The notes under the pieces: generated by a model
The model's database searches: none
Seen by the model: only the letters and a program-made list of their open reading frames with translations
Told to the model about the DNA's origin: nothing
Source: Thermoproteota archaeon
GTDB taxonomy: Archaea; Korarchaeota; JAOZGF01; JAOZFZ01
Direction of reading: 5' to 3'
Length of the DNA: 30,114 nt
Assembly (NCBI GenBank): GCA_027492035.1
Contig: JAOZFT010000018.1
Span: forward strand, 1-30,114
Shown: positions 25,124 to 30,114 of the stretch, one piece after another
How the letters are laid out: each line of letters starts with the position of its first letter
How positions within the stretch are numbered: the first letter of the stretch is position 1
Translations under genes and position numbers: made by a program

Positions 25124-26081
25124 ATGAACTATCCCAGTAAGAACTTGAAAGTTGAGAAAATAACTGAGAAGGAATGGAACACTTTTACTTCCAATTTTAT
25201 AGATGAAATTTATAGCGGCGACATTAAGAAATACAGTTTTTGGAAGAAGGAAATGGGTATTTTGCAGAGTTTCTGGGCGTGTAAAGAAGAAAGAGTTTCA
25301 CTTTTAGGGGTTAAACGTAATGGGGAACTGGAAGGAGTCGCTAGGTTGCTTAAAGTAAATGTGCCGTTTCACCAAAGATCACAGTGGGGAAAAGTCAGGG
25401 AGAGGGGGGAGTTTCAAGATGTTTACTTGAAAAGAGGAAACATAAGGCTCTATTCGGTTTTAGTTAAAGAAGGGAGGAGATTGTTATGGGAAGAGAAAAT
25501 TGAGAAATTCGGTGTTTCTGAATGGAAAAGTGAATACTGGAAAATAATTGAAAAACTAGGCTACAGCCCCTACAGCAGATCCGTAATTATTGGTTGGGAA
25601 ACCAACAAAAACATTCCCAAAGAAATAAATCCTAAAGTAAAAGTGAGAAAAGCTTCACCTAAACAAAAAAGCATTTTAAAAAGTATCCAGAAAGGAAGTT
25701 GGGGTTTCTTTATCCCACCAAACTTTGAAAAGGAGGATGTGTTCATAGCTTATTTAAAAAATAAACCTGTAGGAAGTATGTACCTGAACAAATATACTGG
25801 AAACATAGACTTCGGAGTCCATGTTATCAAAAACTTTCAAAGGAGAAGAATAGGAGCAACCCTCTTAACTAAAGCTAAAAACTATTTCAAAGCTAAAGGG
25901 TTCAAAAAAAATGTTTGTAGTAAGGGTGTTAAGGCTGACGAAAATAAATAATGCAGATTATGCAGCTCTAAATTTTTACATTGGCTGCGGAGGAAAAATA
26001 CTGAGGGAATATAGAGGTTTTAAACAGAAAAAGGCGAATAGAAAAATTTCAATTCCAAACTTGCAAGTTTTCTTACTTTAA
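25124..26081 (+). CDS. GNAT-family N-acetyltransferase, split by a frameshift in an A8 run at 25904-25911 (pseudogene, slippage or sequence error)
   Basis: Motif A VHVIKNFQRRRIGATLL lies in frame 1, which stops at 25951. Removing one A continues KKMFVVRVLRLTKINNADYAALNFYIGCGG... (motif B) to TAA at 26079-26081. A GGAGG RBS supports the ATG at 25124. Confidence 0.75.
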
Positions 26082-26107
26082 AAAAATATAAAAAATTTTG
26101 GACGTGT

Positions 26108-26246
26108 CTTCCGGAATTCATTGAATACAAAGCAGGTTTAGGAAGAAGTAGTAGCGAAAAAACTCAATAAAGCCAATACGTTAAAGCTGTGCTTCTGTTG
26201 CGGCTATCAGAGTTTGAGACATAACTGGAAGTTTATATATCCCTAA
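26108..26246 (+). mobile_element. tnpB: Degenerate IS200/IS605-family TnpB remnant
   Basis: Translates with one frameshift as LPEFIEYKAGL/EEVVAKKLNKANTLKLCFCCGYQSLRHNWKFIYP*. This matches the TnpB C-terminal pattern L-x2-FIEYKA...V-x-P-x2-TS-x2-CxxCG...F-x-CP. Confidence 0.7.
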
Positions 26247-26279
26247 TTCACATGTACAAAACCCTAAACCAAAAAAATT

Positions 26280-26708
26280 TCAGTAAATTAACTTCCACAC
26301 TAAAACTGAAACAACATAACTTATGATCAGTGAAAAACCTGTTTCCAAAAAGCACTTTGCAATAAAGAAAATAATCAACGGAAGTGTTGAAAGAAGAAAA
26401 ACATATTTGTGCTCTAAACCCTTACCAAACATTACAAGAAGGTAAAAAATAAAGATAAAAAGGATTCCTCCTAAACCGTCAACCTTAACAAAGTATTGAA
26501 CAACAACGCTTAAAAGGAAAGAAACAACAGCAAAAAATAAATACTTAATTTTAATTCTCTCTGCAGCCAATTTTTTAGTTGTGAAATTACAATTGGAACA
26601 CCTGTATTCATAAGTTACCCTCCAAGGTCTCAATATAGACCTTGAAGACCTATAAAGAAACAAAGTGTTTTGGCGACACCTTGGACAAATCATGTAAAAC
26701 TCCTTCAA
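26280..26708 (-). CDS. Zinc-ribbon membrane protein (hypothetical)
   Basis: N-terminal CPRC...YRCSNC followed by 3-4 TM helices. Confidence 0.7.
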   Translation of the reverse strand: MKEFYMICPRCRQNTLFLYRSSRSILRPWRVTYEYRCSNCNFTTKKLAAERIKIKYLFFAVVSFLLSVVVQYFVKVDGLGGILFIFIFYLLVMFGKGLEHKYVFLLSTLPLIIFFIAKCFLETGFSLIISYVVSVLVWKLIY

Positions 26709-26785
26709 TAAACCCTTTATAAATAAAAAAGTGATTTTTCAGCCTTTCAGAGGCGGTTTACTCTTTCTTAAATCTTGCTTTTGAG

Positions 26786-27301
26786 CTAAACATGGAACCG
26801 CCACTTACACCACAGGTTTTCCGGGTGTTTGTCAGGTGGACATATTTCACAAGTGACTTTTACGTTTGGGTCTATTTCAGCTGCGAAGTTACTTAAGAAA
26901 CTCCAACGCACTGTTTTACATGGAAACTCTGTCCTTCCTTTCTCTATCCTTTTCAGTTGAGTTCTGCACTTACTAACTTTCAAAATCGCTTGATCACCAG
27001 CTACTTCAAACTCTTTTTCTTCAAGTGAAAGGTACCAACTAGTTGTCTTTAATGCTTCAGCTACACATGGAACTCCTTCACAGTTTAGGTTCAGGGCTTT
27101 CCTTATTCTTTTAGCTTCGATTTTAGCCATTACTTTCCAAACCTGTCGATCAATGGAGGTAGCTTCTTTAGTGCCCCATTTATCTTCAATCCCTAAAAAA
27201 TAGAGACCATCCACACTCCAAATGTTCCTAACTTGTACAAGAAACAAGTTCACCAGGTCTTCCTTAGAAAAATTCATTAAAAAATCTTTACTTGAACTCA
27301 T
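26786..27301 (-). CDS. DUF6125-family protein
   Basis: WSVDGLYFLGIEDKWG...EAKRI, CRTQ...FPCK...F...D...CEICPPD...WCKWRF; GAGGAGG RBS. Confidence 0.82.
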   Translation of the reverse strand: MSSSKDFLMNFSKEDLVNLFLVQVRNIWSVDGLYFLGIEDKWGTKEATSIDRQVWKVMAKIEAKRIRKALNLNCEGVPCVAEALKTTSWYLSLEEKEFEVAGDQAILKVSKCRTQLKRIEKGRTEFPCKTVRWSFLSNFAAEIDPNVKVTCEICPPDKHPENLWCKWRFHV

Positions 27302-27514
27302 GGGCGCCTCCTCATTCCCTCTTTTATTAAAAAATTAAAAGCTTTCCTTCTGGTTTTTTAAGAATCATTTTTAACAAAGACGAAATTTAAATGTATCTCC
27401 TCCATTTAATTTTCCAGTTTTCTTTTTTTAATGTTTCCCTGCGTTACTTAACCTCGCACTGCTGCTTTTTTCATGTAGGAAAAACAACATAGTTTAATTT
27501 TATTCCTTTTTCCA

Positions 27515-27553
27515 CCATAAAATTTTTAAATTAATTTGTGCATTAACACATAA
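27515..27553 (+). promoter_or_regulatory. TATA box plus downstream TGTG-N6-CACA dyad (candidate operator) for the DUF5320/NifX operon
   Basis: TTTTTAAA at 27523-27530, then TGTG-CATTAA-CACA at 27537-27550, just before the GGAGGTGA RBS. Confidence 0.45.
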
Positions 27554-27934
27554 ATGGAGGTGATGATTACGGCTTGGATGAATTGGCAAACAGGATTTGG
27601 AGGAAGGGGGAACAGATATAGGTGGATGTATTACTTAACAGGAACACCTGGTTGGTTGAGATTCGGTTTCTCACCAGGCTGGCTTGGCAGGTCACCAACA
27701 GGTTTACCGCCAACGGCACAATGGATTATTTCAAGCGGGTTGCTTCCACAATACACTTCATATCTAGCCCAAAACCCACCAGTAGCACCTGTAGGCCCAT
27801 TTCCAACAGCACCCGTAACACCTACAACACCTGGATTAACAAAGGAGCAAGAAAAACAAATGCTTGAGCAACAAATGAAGATCTTAGAAAGTCAGTTAGA
27901 AGCTATTAAAAAAAGACTTGAAGATTTGAAATGA
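27554..27934 (+). CDS. DUF5320-like protein (Gly/Arg/Trp-rich N-terminus, Pro-rich linker, C-terminal coiled coil)
   Basis: GGRGNRYRWMYYLTGTPGWLRFG and EKQMLEQQMKILESQLEAIKKRLEDL. The start codon is uncertain. Confidence 0.8.
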   Translation: MEVMITAWMNWQTGFGGRGNRYRWMYYLTGTPGWLRFGFSPGWLGRSPTGLPPTAQWIISSGLLPQYTSYLAQNPPVAPVGPFPTAPVTPTTPGLTKEQEKQMLEQQMKILESQLEAIKKRLEDLK

Positions 27935-27950
27935 AGAGCGGTGAATAGGG

Positions 27951-28301
27951 ATGCCTAGGGGGTGCGGATTCAGAGGGGCCTGGTTTCCAGGCTACTATGG
28001 GGCATGGTTAGGTTGGTCAAGTTATTATTGGCCATGGTTGAACTGGTGGCGTTGCAGATGGTTCCCTTGGCTCCCTAGATGGTGGTGGACAGGTATTTAC
28101 GGCCCGCTTACATGGACCCCTTATGGCCCCAGTATTACGTCCCCTTGGTCAGCAACTACCAGTTACATCCCTTACTATCCCCCTTTTTACTCAGTAACTC
28201 CCTCAAAGGAGCATGAATACTTGTTAGAGCAGAAGAAAGCGTTAGAGGATGAACTTAAAAAAATTGAGAATAGGCTTAAGGAGTTGGAAGAGTCGAAATG
28301 A
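27951..28301 (+). CDS. Trp-rich DUF5320-like protein
   Basis: GGTGA RBS, MPRG start, 14 Trp, RCRWFPWLPRWWW, and C-terminal LLEQKKALEDELKKIENRLKELE. Confidence 0.78.
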   Translation: MPRGCGFRGAWFPGYYGAWLGWSSYYWPWLNWWRCRWFPWLPRWWWTGIYGPLTWTPYGPSITSPWSATTSYIPYYPPFYSVTPSKEHEYLLEQKKALEDELKKIENRLKELEESK

Positions 28302-28759
28302 AGATATTATTGGCTACCCAAACTAGAGGGGGATTGAATGACTTTATTTCCCCTGTTTTCGGCAGGGCTTCAACATTCACTATCGTTGAGGTTAAGGATG
28401 GGAAAGTGGAAAAGGTGGAGGTGATTAGGAACCAGGCTGCTGCAGCTTTCTCTGGTGCAGGCATACAAGCTGCACAGTTTGCTGTTAACAAAAATGTAGA
28501 CATGGTTGTAGCTGGTTCTTTCGGACCTAATGCATCAATGGTTCTTGCCCAGTCGGGTGTTATATTCACGGCTGGCTACGCAGGTTTTAAAGTGGAGGAT
28601 GCCATTAAAATCCTTATTAAAGAAGGAAGAATGAGGTTAAGTGTTGAACAGGAAAAAAGGGTTCTTGAAGCAAGGAAAAGGTACATAGAGGACCAATTAC
28701 GCTGGATAAAGGAAAGACTGAAACAATTTGAAGAGAAAAATGAGAAACAGAGTAAGTGA
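28298..28759 (+). CDS. NifB/NifX-family protein with C-terminal DUF5320-type coiled coil
   Basis: ATGA overlap with the upstream stop; FGRASTF, GAGIQAAQ, GSFGPNA; tail EKRVLEARKRYIEDQLRWIKERLKQFE. Confidence 0.88.
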   Translation: MKILLATQTRGGLNDFISPVFGRASTFTIVEVKDGKVEKVEVIRNQAAAAFSGAGIQAAQFAVNKNVDMVVAGSFGPNASMVLAQSGVIFTAGYAGFKVEDAIKILIKEGRMRLSVEQEKRVLEARKRYIEDQLRWIKERLKQFEEKNEKQSK

Positions 28760-28852
28760 CGTCCTTGAACAAAAGAAAAACTTCAAATTTAAAAATTTCC
28801 TGTAGGTTTTTTCTCCACTTTCCCCCTTAATTTTTTCAAGGAGTAGTTTGAG

Positions 28853-29206
28853 GTGAGGGATGTGAAAGTCGCTGTTGCAACTAAAGGCAGTAAGGGCTTG
28901 AAGGATGAGGTTTCAAATGTTTTCGGCAGGGCTTCAACATTCACCCTTATAGAAGTAGAGAATGGAAAAGTGAAGAACGTAACAGTTGTTAATAACCCTG
29001 CAGTTGACTATGAGTTTGGAGCTGGGCCCATAGTTGTGAAAACACTTGTAGATTTGAAAGTAGACACTGTTGTCGCCAGCGAATTTGGAATGGGTGTTTC
29101 AAAACTATTAGACGCTCACAAAATAACAAAATTCAAGGCTGAACCAGGGGAAATAGTGGAGAAAGTGCTTTACAATATTCAAGAAATAAAACAGAAAGAG
29201 ACTTAA
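28853..29206 (+). CDS. NifB/NifX-family protein
   Basis: KVAVAT...FGRASTF...NPA...GAGPIVV...VDTVVASEFG. Confidence 0.88.
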   Translation: MRDVKVAVATKGSKGLKDEVSNVFGRASTFTLIEVENGKVKNVTVVNNPAVDYEFGAGPIVVKTLVDLKVDTVVASEFGMGVSKLLDAHKITKFKAEPGEIVEKVLYNIQEIKQKET

Positions 29207-29314
29207 TAGGTTAAAAAAGGGATGCAACTCCTCTTTCTCCACATGATTTTGCAGTTACTTCATTGAAAATTTTTCTTTCATCCTTTTCCTCTTTAAGAAG
29301 AGAGAAGCTGATAA

Positions 29315-30037
29315 ATGTCCCTAGTGCCTCTTAAAAAAGTTAAATTAACAATTCTCTATGACAACTCAATCTACAGTGAAGGATTAACTTCTGCGTGGGG
29401 TTTTTCTTGCTTAATTGAGGCCGGTAACAAAAAAATACTTTTTGACACGGGAGGAGACCAAAACATTTTGCGTAGAAACATGTGGAAAATGAAAATCAAC
29501 CCTGAAGAAATAGAAAAAATCTTTCTTTCACACGCCCATCGAGACCATACAGGCGGTTTACCTGCAGTCCTCCACCCAGGAGTGAAAGTTTACCTCTTGA
29601 AAAATTTTCCAAATATTTTGAAGAAAGAAACTGAAAAGTGTAAGGGAGAAATTTTTGAAATAAATCACCCTTCAAAAATTACTCAAAGCCTGATGAGTAC
29701 AGGTGAACTTAATTCTGTGAAAGAACAGTCCCTACTAATTTCTTCAGTTTCAGGAGTAATTGTTTTGACAGGATGTGCTCATCCAGGGGTAACGAAAATT
29801 GTGGAAAAGGCAAAGAAATTGATGAAGGACAAAATCTACCTTGTGATTGGTGGATATCATTTATTTGGAAGTTCCAGAAGGGAAGTAATGAAGGTAGTTG
29901 ATGAATTCAGGGAAATGGAAGTTGAAAAAGTAGCTCCATGCCATTGCACAGGCCAAAAAGCTAAAGAAATTTTCAGGGAATCGTTTAAAGAAAACTTTGT
30001 AGAGACAGGTGTAGGAAGAGTTATCTCTGTTCCATAA
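29315..30037 (+). CDS. MBL-fold metallo-hydrolase (MJ0301/dihydropteroate-synthase-like MBL subgroup)
   Basis: LYDN...WGFSCLIE...LFDTG, SHAHRDHTGG, EQSL, TGCAHPG, GGYHL and PCHCTG. Confidence 0.9.
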   Translation: MSLVPLKKVKLTILYDNSIYSEGLTSAWGFSCLIEAGNKKILFDTGGDQNILRRNMWKMKINPEEIEKIFLSHAHRDHTGGLPAVLHPGVKVYLLKNFPNILKKETEKCKGEIFEINHPSKITQSLMSTGELNSVKEQSLLISSVSGVIVLTGCAHPGVTKIVEKAKKLMKDKIYLVIGGYHLFGSSRREVMKVVDEFREMEVEKVAPCHCTGQKAKEIFRESFKENFVETGVGRVISVP

Positions 30038-30114
30038 ATTACTTCACAGAAACATGTCAAGCTTTTTTGGTTGAGTGGCTTGTTAAGGGGTGTAGTGGCA
30101 AACATTAACTTGGA

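Noticed and set aside
13567-29206. NifX-domain genes as evidence of nitrogen fixation
   Set aside because: No nifH/D/K/E/N/B genes in the window, and stand-alone NifX-like proteins are common in non-diazotrophic anaerobes.
24352-30105. ORFs 24352, 24395, 27622, 28276 and 29857
   Set aside because: Overlapping or antisense frames of the GDPD, DUF5320, NifX and MBL genes with no independent support.
1-30114. tRNA, rRNA, CRISPR array or intact transposase/integrase
   Set aside because: No cloverleaf-like GC-rich segment, regularly spaced repeats or intact mobile-element ORF seen by eye. A covariance-model search would be needed to exclude small ncRNAs.

Overview
AT-rich chromosomal window from an anaerobic, probably thermophilic archaeon. 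This is inferred from TATA/BRE-type promoters, GGAGGTGA/GGTG ribosome-binding sites, Lys/Glu-rich proteins, and TrmB, AOR, V4R, DUF5678 and LysX/ArgX genes; the lineage cannot be fixed from this window. It holds about 30 CDSs, mostly metabolic or housekeeping: MFS, LysX-type ligase, DtxR regulator with a perfect palindromic operator, LysE, acyl-CoA dehydrogenase, SDR, agmatinase, class V aminotransferase, AOR and GDPD. I saw no rRNA, tRNA or CRISPR array. Two loci stand out. (1) A candidate DNA-repair module at 8.7-12.7 kb: an SplB/Rv2578c-like radical SAM enzyme fused to a Pol beta/PolX 8-kDa HhH domain lacking the lyase lysines, a doubled AlkC/AlkD-like HEAT protein, an unannotated 44-aa 4-Cys protein, and a divergent two-HTH TrmB regulator. 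(2) A DUF5320/NifX/MBL operon at 27.5-30 kb, in which two aromatic/Arg/Gly-rich low-complexity proteins and a NifX protein share one C-terminal coiled coil. Items missed by the ORF track: a 5' gene fragment at the left edge, the 44-aa Cys protein, a decayed ATPase-DUF234 nuclease pseudogene, a frameshifted GNAT C-terminus at an A8 run, and a TnpB remnant. All family calls come from motif recognition by eye, not database searches.
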